From assembly GCF_009914755.1 (NCBI RefSeq), contig NC_060928.1: a stretch of DNA of 64,000 nt; one strand, given 5' to 3'. This DNA is from the human T2T-CHM13v2.0 reference genome, Homo sapiens. Positions 44,849-61,617 of the stretch are shown here, piece by piece. The notes beneath the pieces are model-generated. The model made no database searches, was not told the DNA's origin, and saw only the letters and a program-made list of their open reading frames with translations. The translations under genes and the position numbers were made by a program. Positions within the stretch are counted from its first letter, which is position 1, and the number at the start of each line of letters is the position of its first letter.

Positions 44849-45959
44849 CAAAACACCCAGAGCTCACTGTTCTTACCAAGATTCTGCCATTTTTATTAAA
44901 TGAATGCTGCCTGGATTATTGCAAGACTTGGGTTAATTTCCAGATGTGTGAAAAAGTTGCTTCTGACAATTGTGCTGTTGTTCTAGTCACTTTTACGGAG
45001 AAGAGAATTTTTAGAGGTCCTTACTCTGCCATTTGTGTTGATGTCACCTAATAATGTTAACTTCTGGACCCAAATAATTCACCCATCCACAAATGCATTT
45101 TCCACCTAAAATGATTAGAAGTTCTGCTAAATCTGTTGTCCAGCTTTCCAGCCTGCCTGTCTGTTTTCTGTTCCTTGTAAAGGAACACAAGACTAGGAAT
45201 TCTCAAAATAACACTTTTGAGACAGACCACCATGCTTTATCAAACACAGTGACATGCTGTAGTTTTAGGCTTTTCTTCACTTTTCTTAGCTTAGCAAGAG
45301 ATCCATACTCAGTTCCCAATCCAGGTGCAAAATGACAAGTAAGGGGAAACTTTTAGGTTCATGTCTAAACAAAACTCAGGCTTACACAATCCAGGTGACT
45401 GGGTAAAGGGCTCTGCGCTGATCTTCAGGCATTGTGTCTGCTGCTTTCAGTGTTTCTTGCCCAGGATCAAGGACAATTTAAAGTCAAGTGGTTCCACAAT
45501 TAATATTTTTAGTTATTTCCAGGAATTCCATTTCCAAGTTTGGCTCACTCTATGGCAAACCTGGAAATGGAATTCTTAAATAACTACAAAGACATCCTTA
45601 TTCTGGGTCTTGCCATCTTTGGGTTTCAGGTATATGGTAGGCCTAGGTCCCTACCACTTGTGGAAGCATAAAATTACATTTTCATACATGTGTGTCCTGG
45701 TCTTCTTCCCTTAACCCCTTACTATTGCCCTGAGGAGCCATCGTCAGATCACTTCCTTATCTAGAACAATTCCATCTAATCACCTTCAAGGACAAGCAGT
45801 TCTCAGTGATGGTGATACACTTCAGAGGATTATCTGCCTCTATGTTATGGCTGTCACAGGGGTGGGAAGTCTATTGGGATTTAGTGCAATTGGACCAGGG
45901 ATGTGAAATGATCTGTAATGTGCCAAACAGTCCTACATATTGAGGAATTCTCCTGTATT

Positions 45960-46250
45960 GACCGGATGCGGTGGCTCATGACTGTAATCCCAGCACTTTG
46001 GAAGGCTGAAGTGGGAGGACTGCTTGGGACCAGCCCTGGCAACATAGCAAGGCTTTATCTCTATAACAAAATAAAAACATTAGCCAGGCGTGGTGGCACA
46101 TGCCTGTAGTCCCAGCTACACAGGAGGCTGAGGTGAGAGGATCAGTTGAGCCTATGAGGTTGAGGCTGCACAGTAAGCTGTGATTGTACCCCTGCACTCC
46201 AGCCTGAGTGACAGAGTGAGACCCTGTCTCAAAAAAAAAAAAAAAAAAAG
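45960..46250 (+). mobile_element. AluJ inside a probable MER3-like DNA transposon relic
   Basis: Diverged Alu; TSD gaattct(c/t)ctg(t/c)att; host family tentative. Confidence 0.8.
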
Positions 46251-47429
46251 AATTCTTCTGCATTGCTTGCACATTCAATGGTCTTGCCAGATATTCATGT
46301 AGGTGAAAAACCTGTTTATAATTACATAATTATAAAAACTAGTCTATTTTGCTTGCAAAATGCAAAATGATTTTGTAATGTTTAATATAAATAGAAGGTG
46401 TTATGACTTTAACTGCCATGAAAATTAATAGATTGTTTGAACAAACTTTGTTTGTTCACAACTTTTCTAAATGTAATCAAGTCACCAAAAGCAGCACTTC
46501 TTAGGTGTCTGAGGGGCCAATATAATGCACTCACATTAGTCTGCATTTATAGCTACTGCATTAACAATGATTAATTCCTATTATCTTCTATTATAGCTAT
46601 GCCGACATACATAAATATTAAAATATACATTATTTTATAATAAATTCATTTCTTTTTATTTCTCCAATTATTTTGTTTACATTATATTGATAAAAAATGA
46701 ATAAGTAACCCACTGTGGCAGTTATGGAGTGTAATTCCTGATTTTTCAGTTTTCTTTGCCTGACAAACACTAATTCATTTTAGTTTTAGTAGTTAATAAG
46801 CATAAATGTAGACCCCAAGGCGTTTTTTCTTGCTCTTCTAGTAGACTGAAATAATTACACTTGTCTTTCTACCCTGCCCCTGATCTGTTGGCTAACTAGG
46901 GGTCTCAAGTGGAGACACGGTCGCATTTTCTATTTTATCCAGAGATTTGTAATTGGCAACCCACATTCCACCAAGTGTTCTTTCCTCATTGAGCACCTCT
47001 CATTGATCTCGACACATTGGTGGCGTGAACACATTCTCTCCCTCACAGAAAACTTAGGAATTAGGGGAAATGTGACATCAGAAGATCATCTACTTGTCTG
47101 GTTCTTCTTTGGAAACGTAATTTTCCATACGTGGTGATTCATAGGTAGATCTTTGGCTGTAGAACTCCTCTCCTAACAACGGGTTTCCTTAAAACTAAGT
47201 TCAGTTGGTGCAATTTTTGTCCTTATATTCCCCAAACAGCAGCTCCATAGATTGTGAAGCTGAAATTGTGACGTGTGTGCAAAATGCAAAGGATCATTAT
47301 ATTTGCATTTTTTTTACAATCTTTGGTGACAATGTAGTCATCATCAGTATTATAATCTTTGAAAGTGAAGACGCTAAAATAACTAGTGTGCACATCAGTG
47401 TTCAAAATGGTTAGAACGTGGGAAAAAAG

Positions 47430-47870
47430 CTAAAATTCCATCAATAAATGAATGTATTAAAACGTGTGACATATATATATATATGAAATGAAATACTATT
47501 CCACCTTAAAAAGGAGTGAAATTCCGACACATGCTGTAACATAGATAAAACTTGAAAACACTCTGCTAAGTGAAAGAAAGCAGACACAAAAGGACAAATA
47601 CTGTTCGATTCCACTTATACGAGGTACTCAAGGAGGCATGGTCACAGTCGTAGAACATAATAGAGGTTACCAGGGACTGAAAGTAGAGGGGACTGGGGAG
47701 TTATTGTTTAATGGGCACAGAGTTTCTGTTTGGGGATGATGAAAAAGTTCTGGAAATGGATATTGATGATGGTTGCACAACATCATGAATGTCATTAATG
47801 CCATTGAATCATATACTTAAAAATGGTAAATTTCATGTTATGTATATTTTAGCACAATAAGAGAACACAA
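47430..47870 (+). mobile_element. L1MB 3' end
   Basis: aaggacaaatactg...agtttctgtttggggatgatgaaaaagttctggaaatgga...ggttgcacaaca. Confidence 0.85.
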
Positions 47871-48006
47871 AGAAAAATAAATTGTAAACCTAGTATGTTT
47901 TCCTGATTTAAATATTCTTCACAAATGAAACTGAAATGAACATTTTTCAGAAATAGAATAGAGAAAATTTGTGACCTGCAGGTCTGCACTAAAGAACAAC
48001 TAAAGT

Positions 48007-48301
<295 letters not shown>

Positions 48302-49318
48302 CTACTAAAGGTTTAAAAGAGGATGGAAATGTAGACATGCAGAAGGGAATGAAGAGCAATGGAAAGCGCAAGTGTGTGTGTAAGGAACTGTCACAGAATA
48401 AATATAAATATTTAAATATAAAAATATAAAAAATATTTATAAAAATATAAATATTTATTAAAAATATAAAGTTCAAAACCGGGCAATACTAGTTTATGGT
48501 GTTAGAAGTTAGGATAGTGGAAAACTTTGGAGATGATGGGATGTTAATAAAAGGGAGAGGAAGGAAGGGGGTTAGAGAGCTAGCTGTCTTCTATTTCTTC
48601 AACACTTGACAGTTACAGGGGTTTATTCACTTCGTGAGTAAATTCGCTGTGCTGCAGGCATACTCCGTGTGTGTGCGCTTTTCTGCATGTATGTCACGTT
48701 TTAATAAAAAGTTTTAAAAAATGGAATTGAATTGTTATTTGATCAGATAACTCTCAAAACCTGTCCTAACTACATTATAGTGGATGAGCCATCTTGAATC
48801 TTCAGGTGTGATCCACAGCAATTGACTGTTGTTAACCAGAGTGAGGTGCCAGTTGCTGCGCTGAGTTCCAAAGCTGCGCTTCTTGATAGCTGTGAACATC
48901 ATGAGTATACACTGGAGTGCACATACTATAACATGCTATTGTTACCAAGCCATCATGAGGACGTACATTTGGAATGTTTCTACCTGGGATGACACATTTA
49001 TACACATCTATTACCACATGCTTTCTAGTCTTCCATGTGTTGAAATAACTTGCATTATTCAGAAAAGGATATCAATTTCTGGTGTCATCTGGAAGGTTAA
49101 ACAGAGTAAAGTCAAATAGCTGAATTGCGTATTGAACCTGTGATTAATTTTGTTCCTGTTCATAATAATGAGGTCATCTGAGAGCCACCTAATGGCCTGC
49201 CACCGCCCAACTAATTATCTAGAATTCCTACAATTGAAGACATTCTTCTCCATGAAAGGACTGTCTCTGGAACAAAATACAAATATCTGACATAAATGAG
49301 AGCAATAGGAAATTATTA

Positions 49319-49626
<308 letters not shown>

Positions 49627-50395
49627 TTATTAGTACTTATTAGCATGCTTTAGTCTATTGGATTAGCTGGCAGAGCAAGCATTAATCGGAGGAATTGCCA
49701 TCAGGATCAAGTATATTCATGAAGGGAGTAAAAGGTCTGCAGGATGAAGCAGTGCTCTAGAAGGGTGATGGCTGGGAGCTTTGGGAACTCAGAGAGCAGT
49801 CACTGGGGCCATAGATGTAAGAAGAGGTGGGCTGAGCAACACGGAACGAAGTGGTGCCTGGGGCATAATTGCACAGAGCGCAGGCTCCTGCATGTGACAC
49901 TGTTGCATATCCTCAGTGCTTGAATGGACCACAGATATGTGCCCACCTTGCTGTCTGTACCCAATGGTCACACACACACTTGTGCTTTTCAACTCATATA
50001 CCTTAGAAAATGAGGTGGAATAGGAATTTGGCTTCCTGAGAAGTAGTTCTCGAACTTACAAGATAATTTTGCTCTTGGTGCAGAAATGGATAACCTGTAT
50101 ATACTATTTCACTATTTCACAAGATGAATAATCAAAGAAATACATGAATGAAGTAATTTTCATCCTAAAGTAAACATTTGGTATTTACTATAATCTTAAT
50201 TTAAAATCTATTTATGCAATTGCGATACTTAACGATGTAGTAGCAAGCAGATTTTTGATATTGTATTATTTTTTGAATAATTTGGATAATGGAATTGTGC
50301 TTTGGGTTTTCATAAATTATGACATGGTGACATTTCTTGGACATTCTCTGCATACTTAGACAAAGTTTTCAGGGATTTTAAAAAGCTAATGTTAA

Positions 50396-50708
<313 letters not shown>

Positions 50709-50890
50709 AATTTTATTTATTTTATTTTTTTTTGTTTGTTTGTTGTTGTTTTTAATGAATGAATGATTGATAATATTACTAAGAAATCTGAAAGAAAGTA
50801 ATTTCAATGAGATAACCACTTCTTATAGGTACTTTGTTTTCAAATCAATCACACATAACATTCGAATTAGCTTTAAAAGGTCAATTGGTA

Positions 50891-51712
<822 letters not shown>

Positions 51713-52737
51713 TTACTTGAATTATCTGAATGCCTTCATTCTTTCTTCAGTTTTCTTTTTTTATGCTTAAGATACAACTGGAACAGCATAAATTTTAAAA
51801 AGAACATTAAGTCACCACGACACGATAATAGAAAGTAATGGTTACAAGTAGCAGTTTTTCTTAAGACTGAAATCAAATCTGTTGAAAGGACAACTTGGCA
51901 GACTTTTGCAACTAAAGATGTTGGTAGAAGAAATGTAAAGCTCCATTCTACTTAGCTTGGAGTGTTCCCATGCTGGGCAATTGGCAAGCTTTATCATCTG
52001 TAGAGACTGGTAAACTGTGGCTCACATTAACTGTTAAGCTTCACTGTATGCTGCTTACACAGGTGCAAAAATATGTGATAACTAGAATTGTTTTCATTCA
52101 ATCAGTCTCCCCATTGGCAGATAGTGGAGTAGCTCTATATTATGTTTACTCTGAAAAATATAGCAATTTAGTTAATAATGAATCCAAAGTTCATAGGCAC
52201 CCAGTTCTTAATCATAGATCATTTCATTGATCATTCTTAGCTTTCATAAGCTTATAAATGTAAACACTGTGGCTAGTCTGTTTTCTAGGAAAATGTTTTT
52301 CTGTGAGCTAAATCAAAACTGGTTGGCATTATTTTTCATGGCATGAATTTCTATATGGGATTCCTGGTGTGAATTCATTATTGAGAAACAAAATGCTAGC
52401 AGAGGGGGAAATATTGCTTTTGCACTTGTTTGCATTTTTAGTTTTTTTTTCCATTTTGACATCACTGTTTTCATTATGGACCTTATATATTAAAAAACAA
52501 TTTTCACTTAGTATTCATTTCTGTTTAATTCTGTATGTAATTCCTCTACATGTTTAAATTTTGAGATTTAATTGTCAAAAGAATAACTTTTCTTCAAAGT
52601 AATGAGCATGCAATTTTAGGACCTGCCTTAGTTACACAGTCTAAATTATCAAATTTAAGCCATATCTCTCCCAAATTTCAGATTAGAACATACTACGTTT
52701 TGTTACTATAAAAAGCTTCTTATTAAACATCTGAACT

Positions 52738-52856
52738 TAAGCAGTTTATTATGTACTCTACAACATAAAATATATAAAATATAAATTTAAGGAAAAACAT
52801 AAGCAGTTTATTATGTACTCTACAACATAAAATATATACAATATAAATTTAAGGAA
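52738..52856. repeat. 57-bp direct repeat, period 62
   Basis: taagcagtttattatgtactctacaacataaaatatata(a/c)aatataaatttaaggaa x2. Confidence 0.95.
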
Positions 52857-52944
52857 TATTTGTTAGATATTAATGTCTAATATCTAACAATGTAGACGCA
52901 TGTACAATATAATGTCTAATGTACACTTTTCTCATGTATCTTTC

Positions 52945-53238
52945 ATTCTTTTTTTTTGAGACGGTTTCTCCCTCTGTCGCCCAGGCTAGAGAGCAGTGGT
53001 GTGCTCTCGGCTCACTGCAACCTCCACCTCCTGGGTTCAAGCAATTCTCTGCCTCAGCCTCCCGAGTAGCTGGGATTACAGGCACCCGCCACCAGGCCCG
53101 GCTAATTTTTTTGTATTTTTAGTAGAGATGGGGGCCTCACCATCTTGGCCAGGCTGGTCTTGAACTCCTGACCTCATGATCCACCCACCTTGGCCTCCCA
53201 AAGTGCTGGGATTACAGGCATGAACCACTGTGCCCGGC
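52945..53238 (-). mobile_element. AluS
   Basis: Reversed Alu; TSD atctttcatt. Confidence 0.92.
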
Positions 53239-53370
53239 CAAATCTTTCATTGTTAATTTACCCTCTTTGCAGTACGGTACACGTACCATCAACTGTGCTT
53301 CCACCTTCCAATTGGGAGATGCTCTGTTTTACCTTTTCCAGATAGTACCTAGCAGGGGGAGCCTGTTGGG

Positions 53371-53895
53371 CAGAGGTCCCCAACCTTTTTGGTACCAGGG
53401 ACCAGTGTCGTGGAAGAGAATTTTCCACAGATGGGGGCAGTGGGGGATGGTTAGGGGATGATTCAAGTGCATTACGTTTATTGTGCATTTTATTTCTATT
53501 ATGATTACATTGTAATATATAATGAAATAATTATATAAGTCACCATAATGTAGAATCAGCAGGAGCCTTGTGCTTGTTTTCCTGCAACTAGATGGTCCCA
53601 TCTAGGGGTGATGGAGACAGTGACAGATCATCAGGCATTCGATTCTCATAAGGAGCACACAGGTTAGATCCCTTGCATGTGCAGCTCACCATAGGGTTCA
53701 TGCTCCTCTGAGAATCTAGTGCTGCCTCTGATCCGACAGGAGGTGGAGCTCAGGTGGTAATGCGAGCAATGGGGAGCGGCTGTAAATACAGATGAAGCTT
53801 TGCTCGGCAGCCCGCCGCTCACCTCCTGCTGCGTGGCCTGGTTGCTAAAAGGCCACAGACTGGTATCAGGCCACAGTGGGGGCTGGGGACCCCTG
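53371..53895 (+). mobile_element. MER1A (hAT-Charlie)
   Basis: TIRs cagaggtccccaacc and ggctggggacccctg; internal gattcaagtgcattac motif. Confidence 0.85.
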
Positions 53896-54214
53896 CTCTA
53901 GGGATTAAGTGCTTCTGAAACAGCTTCTACTCAGCTTTCCTTATGGTAGTCGTACCTTTATCCTGGGGTCCGGAAATGCCAGGTGCTGCCCATTGCCATG
54001 CCTTTTTAAGATTCTAGAGAGTAAATTGGGTTGGTTTATGGTTTTCTCCATTGCTACTTTGAGTTTTAACTTTCTCAGGTTTTCAAAGTCAGTTACCATT
54101 CATTTGCTTTCTAAACTTTAACTTTATATCCTTCCCAGAACAAAATGTTTGAAAATGACTGTTGAACAAACATGTATTTTGGATACATTCATTTCTTTGA
54201 TCTCAAAAGTCTGT

Positions 54215-54220
54215 TTTATT
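54215..54220 (-). terminator. Candidate distal PDLIM3 polyadenylation signal (proximal candidates at 55303-55308 and 55247-55252)
   Basis: tttatt on + is AATAAA on the PDLIM3 strand, downstream of the stop codon. Confidence 0.5.
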
Positions 54221-55825
54221 TTTTTAATAGCTTTGTTAGTGAATGCATGTGTTGGCACAGGAGTTGCAATGTCAAATGCCTACAGGGGCCAGGCACGTGT
54301 TTTGGCTCCTCTCAAAATCCTGAACAGGTCAGGGTCAGAGTCAGTTAAGTTTGGAAGAATCCCAGAGCAATAAAACTTGTGTCCCATTTGGGACCTTATG
54401 GGAGGAGAACACTTGTTTCAGGCCAGAAGTTAGCAGCTGTGGGGGTTGAGGGGTGGTAGAGATGACCATGTGACACAAGGTGGTGAGACAGAGGGTCTGA
54501 GGGTCCCCACCCTGCTGGTTCCCCATGGTTTGAACCTGAGGGGACAGTTTCAGAAGTTCCTGTACGTCCCCAGTGGGGGACATGGAAAGTAGGTGAGAGA
54601 TGCAAGTCAGGAGCATTGCCATGGGCACCCTGGGTGAGAGGCAAGGTAACGCCATGCAGAGCCTGCAAGGTAGGCTGCCTGCGCCAGGGCCAGGCAGAGT
54701 GCATGTCTCAGACAGAGGATCCATGACTCCAGGAAAGCTGAGCTGAGAGTTTTGGAGGTGGTAGTGGAGGTGTTATTATTGCCTGGCCTCAACTATGTCA
54801 AGAAAACAGACCACAGATCACAAGTGAAACCAAGGATTTCAACAGTGGATACAAGCAGGACCCCAGGAGACCAGCAGCCCCTGCCTTCCTTAGGAAGTCG
54901 TCTAAATTGTTTCTTCCTGGAGATGCCATCTTGGGAAGAGGAGGAGGTGGTGAACCATTGAGCCTAAGAAACAGCAGTGATGGACTTTGAACCTTCAATT
55001 TGACTGAATATTGATCTGAAAGAGATATTTAAATTGAAAGAGTCTCTGTTGAAGCAAGTGAAACTTTTAATTTGAAAGAGACTGAACTACCTTTAACTAG
55101 CAAATTTCAACGCTTCTATCATCAGAAATTTTGTGCTCATAAGAAAGAGTAATGAGTTATAAAACCTGAAGAAGCCACATTTATCTTAAAATATTTGTTA
55201 GTGTACATGTTAAAATATGATTGGGTTCTCTCATTGAAATGTTGATTTTATTTGAATTCAATGAATGCCACTTCATTAGGTATTTTTTAAATCTTTTATG
55301 TATTTATTATGTTTGTTGCATCGAGTGGCATAATTGTTTGAATACAAAACTAAAGAAATTCAGGGAATTTCTCCCTAACATGCACTGTAATAGTTAAAAC
55401 ACATACAGACAACTGCAGATTATGTTAGAATACAAGATTGTTATTTGCTATTTACCACAATTGCAAAATCAACTTGTCAAGGAAAGACAATTAGAGTCCT
55501 TCAAATATCTTGATGTTTATGTGTTTGATGGCTGTAATATACATGTAAATTGTGGAGTATGACATACAAAAAATTATTGCTTTAAATATCATTATTGCTA
55601 GCCCCAAAAAGAGTTGCAAAACATAGCTAAGTGTATGTTTTTTTCACATAGCAGGCATTTGCCTCCCATTCCTTTTCCTCAATAAACAATAGGATAAAGG
55701 TCTAAAGCCTTGACTTTAGATTTGGAGTTGACAATCTGCACAATCCTTCTGCCCAAAGCCATGAATGTCTTCTCGTGTAAGTGCGCGTGGGTGGGTGCGT
55801 GCGTGCGTGCCACGCCTGCAGAGAC

Positions 55826-56015
55826 TTAAGCTTTGGGATACAGAGTGACCGTGTCATAGCCCTCTGGGGGCTTTGTGCGGGCTCTTGCGTGGGTTTCGCA
55901 GTACAGCTCCCCTTCTATGAAGAAGTAGCCCTTTTGCTTGAGGTTGAGGTTGCAGTCGGCACACACGAAGCACTCAGGGTGCCGGTACTTATCCCGCGCC
56001 TTCACCACAGCACCA
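55826..56015 (-). CDS. PDLIM3: PDLIM3 last coding exon, C-terminal part of the LIM domain: (V)[62 protein letters not shown]
   Basis: Acceptor tttcttccccaacag|T; LIM pattern H-x2-C-x2-C-x2-C...C-x2-H; TAA at 55826-55828. Confidence 0.96.
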
Positions 56016-56477
56016 CTGTTGGGGAAGAAAACGAGCTCAAGTTAAAAAACCACAAAGCAAAAATATGAGACAAAGGAGAGAACCCAACAGAGAAGGCAGA
56101 TGTTCTCTATTTCACAGTCAGGAAACAATGGCCTCCAGCTGTGAAAGCAGGCACAGCCGTGAAACTGTATGTAATTGTCATGGAGATCTAGGATATCCAC
56201 AATAAACCATCCCGTGTTTCTCTCTGATGTTGACGTGTGACTATTTTTCAGATTTTCAAACAAGTACTTTATAGAAAATTTGTAGGATCCTACTTCATGA
56301 TCTTTCCCCATCGTTTCTTTGAAGAGGGAGACATGATGGAGACAAGACCAACCCCTCTGCAAAAGATTCTGCTTTTGACGGGGGTGGTTGTCTACCCAAT
56401 GAAGAGTCTCTCTGATTGCTTTCCGTCTGCGTGGTCCAGCCTCTATTCAATGGAGCAAGAGAAAACAGATCAAAGAC

Positions 56478-56866
<389 letters not shown>

Positions 56867-57187
56867 TTATTCCAACTTAGGCACAATGATTGCTTCTGGT
56901 AACGTCAGGCACTGTTGTATTTTACTGAGGGCCTCTCTGCTCCGAGCTCCCTGCCCTGCTTTGACCTTTTGGTCTCACGTTCCTCCTTTTGCCCTAACCA
57001 GGCTTATCCCCCACTGCCTTCTTGGGATGTATCCTGGCTAACCGGACGGAGGACACATCAGTGTGTGAGTTCATGGCAGGAGGAATGGAATAAGGGAATG
57101 GGGACGTGGCCACATGGCACGAATGCCATGGAGATGTTAGAATTATCTTGGTTGACTTGATCCTGCACTAGCAAGTGTGGCTATTTA

Positions 57188-57495
<308 letters not shown>

Positions 57496-58012
57496 GTTCC
57501 CTTGTAATGGAAGCTGACAGTTTTTCAATATTTTGTTTCAACATTTGTGTAACTTACACTGGGTAAGGATAATGTATTTTAAGTAACATCCTCATGTTGC
57601 CTGTATTTGTTTCCCTGTGTTTATACAGAGGAGGATACTATGTATACTAAATGTATACACAGTTCATGTATGCATTTACTAAACACTATACGTTAACAGG
57701 GGTGGGGGAGTTTAAAGTGAAGTCTTGATTCTTAGACGTGACTTTTCAACATACATTTGGGCATCTTTTTTTTTTCATGAGAATCTATCTGAAATTGTAA
57801 GTCAAAATTGCTGACTCATGTGATGTGACAATTTGGAGGTATATCTAAGGAGTGACAGTCACAATGTGCTAAATGTTGGGGACCTTACGTTTCAAGTTGA
57901 TGAATAGAAATTTGGTTTTCACAGTTGCCTTTAGTCTATAAAGTCTTAAAGGAGAAGAAATGAACTGTCGCCAAGCTGTATCGTAAATTCCAGGGTTAAA
58001 AGTGAAACTTAC

Positions 58013-58124
58013 ACTATGCCACTCCCACATTTGTCACAGAGCGGCATCCTCTGTGCCCCGCCTGAACCGCCATGGACTTTCGTCACCGGAGCTCTCACAC
58101 TCCGCGTTCCAGCCGGACGGTCAT
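58013..58124 (-). CDS. PDLIM3: PDLIM3 penultimate exon (112 nt): (D)[36 protein letters not shown](V)
   Basis: tttgtttttcag|AT ... AGT|gtaagt; supplies the first C-x2-C of the LIM domain; phases match both neighbours. Confidence 0.95.
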
Positions 58125-58374
58125 CTGAAAAACAAAGCGTTTCCATTTATGGCTAGGGAACAGCTGGCCGCAGCCTGTGCTTGGCTTCTATTTTAAAGTG
58201 TGCACTTTAACCTGAAGTTGCATCTGCACCGTCATTCCGAGAGGGGCAGGACTGATGCAATCATAAGGGACGCTGTTCTGAAATAGGGCATTATAGAATG
58301 GAATTAGTGAAAACATTTATTTTGTTGTGGTTGGAGGAAACTGTTACAAAAACGCTCAAAGGAGCAGAGGGCAT

Positions 58375-59400
<1,026 letters not shown>

Positions 59401-60058
59401 ATGGGACATTTTGCATTTTTGTGTGGCTTTTAAAGGACAGTCTATATCTTTTGGGCATGGAGAAGCCTAGGTCAGGGCAGGAGCCCTGAAGATGACGGGA
59501 GTGGGCTGGAGACCCAGGTCTGTGGCTCACTGGCTATGTGGCCTTTCACAAGGCCACCCGCCCATCTCTCAGCGTCTCATTTGCTAAGTAGGGCAAATAA
59601 TAGGCTCACCTCCCCAAGTTCCTGTGAGGATTACATGATACTGTATGCAAAATACTTTGCACAGAACATGGAACACAGTAAGGGTTTTTAGAGCATTGTT
59701 TAGTTTTTGATGATGGTGATACTCCAGAGTGTGGGGGGGAGGCTGAGAAGTTTGACAACATTCATTTAAAATGATATCTCATGATTTGTAAGCTGAGCTA
59801 GCCCTTGACTACCATTAATGCAATTTGTCTTTGGTGTCCTTTTGTGACTTCACTTGGTGGCTACTTGGACATGTCCTGGAATCTCCTTTTTTAAACGAGG
59901 CACCATCCATATCCTATCCTTCTGAGCAAAAATTCATTTGGCTCCCAATGAAAACCAAGTTTTAGACTTTCATTCCCAGTATGTTTGCTGTCGTCCCCGT
60001 CCCGCCCCCTGCAGTGGCCTCTATCAATACGTTTCAGCAGGTGTCAGCGGCTGCTCAC

Positions 60059-60189
60059 CAGAGCCATCGTCCACCATTCCCTGGAGCACTCTGAAGGAGC
60101 CCGACTGGCGAGGCTGTGTGGGCTCATTCCGATTGTCGTGGAGCATCCGGTACACGTCCGACTCGGGGGGCACCGAGGCTGTGGGCTCG
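60059..60189 (-). CDS. PDLIM3: PDLIM3 exon (131 nt): (S)[43 protein letters not shown](D)
   Basis: ctgtgtttcag|C ... CTG|gtgagc; contains the ALP-family SDVY...QSGSFRVLQ motif. Confidence 0.95.
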
Positions 60190-61617
60190 CTGAAACACAG
60201 GCACGGCGGGGAGCATCGTCAGGCGCTGGGAGGCACCAGACGTGCAAGAGGCCAGAGACATCAATACTCAGCCATTACTCTATGCACAGCCACTCCTGAA
60301 CAGAGGTCTAGTATTTTCAAGTGAATCTCTAGTATAGTTAAAAGCATAATGTGAATTCAAATGGCTGCCTTGGAAATGTCATTGAACAACAAATCGGGGA
60401 GTCACACCCACACTCCTCCACTTGGCAAAATACTTTGGAAGGAAACTAAAAGATAATTGTCAGGAAATAGTAATTAAGAAGAACAAGACTTGAGTCTGAT
60501 GGATACATAATGATAGATGTGAACAAAATTAACTTTTCCCAGAGAAAAGGCAATATACACATGACAGAAAGTGCAGCAGTGAGCACTCAGATTATTCTCA
60601 GTCATCAAATTGTCGGTAAAATTCACATTCACTTTTGATATTAAACAAAAAGTATATGGTTTAATATGTTTTTAGTTTTAAGGCTAATTTGTTAACCCCT
60701 GGAAATAACAAGGGTATCATTTTACTTGTAAATTCTAGAAATTTAACCTCTCAGGGTTTGAAAGCCTGTAATGTAGAAACTTACATTTTTATATCTGCTA
60801 TAACTGACTGCACTGTCTTTTAAAAATAGCCATGTTAAAATTCATTTACAATAATGACAGCAGCTTTAACATGCTTTCTACAAATATATTCATAATAGAC
60901 AATAAAGAATTTCATAATACTATATGTTAAGCACTACTTTATTATTTTATATCATTTTATTGCATTATCTAGAAAACATACTATCTGTAATATTTTTATT
61001 CCCTATGTCATATTTGCAAATGGCTTTGAGATATCTTACACTACTATTAGTTCAATGTGTTCATCCCAAGAGATAGCTTTGGGATATCACTATTTAACAC
61101 TCTGAAGCATTATAATAATTTAATTTATAAATAGTGATTCTGTAATAGTGAAAGAAGCAGTAAGATTTTATCCTATAATAAATCTTTTTAATCAAAATCT
61201 TTATGGCAAAAGTACTGTGAACAAATAGTTATAACAAAGAAAAAATTAGTCAAAAAGAGACCAGCAAAAATTAAATATCTACATTAACAGCCTGAGGGTA
61301 TTCACCTAAAAACCTTTATGCACAATAAACATTGTAAATGAGTAAATAATGACCTCTCCACAAGCTGCTATCAGAAGAGAGAAGAATCATCTCATAAAAT
61401 TCCTCTAAACCTCCCACCTCCTTCCTAATTTTTGATCCCCAAAGGACAGACATAGGGTATACTAGATTATAAATAACTTTGAGAAGTATTACACCAGATA
61501 TTTGTAAAGTACATTGTAGCTTTCGAGAGACATATACATTTGGTCCTTACCTGATTTCATTTTATTGCTATCTGACACATAAAGCTCTACAGATAATTCC
61601 TCAAATCACCTTTATCA

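Noticed and set aside
46900-47414. Unique-looking stretch as a hidden coding exon or pseudogene
   Set aside because: The frames I read close quickly and match no protein I recognise; tBLASTx would be needed to revisit this.
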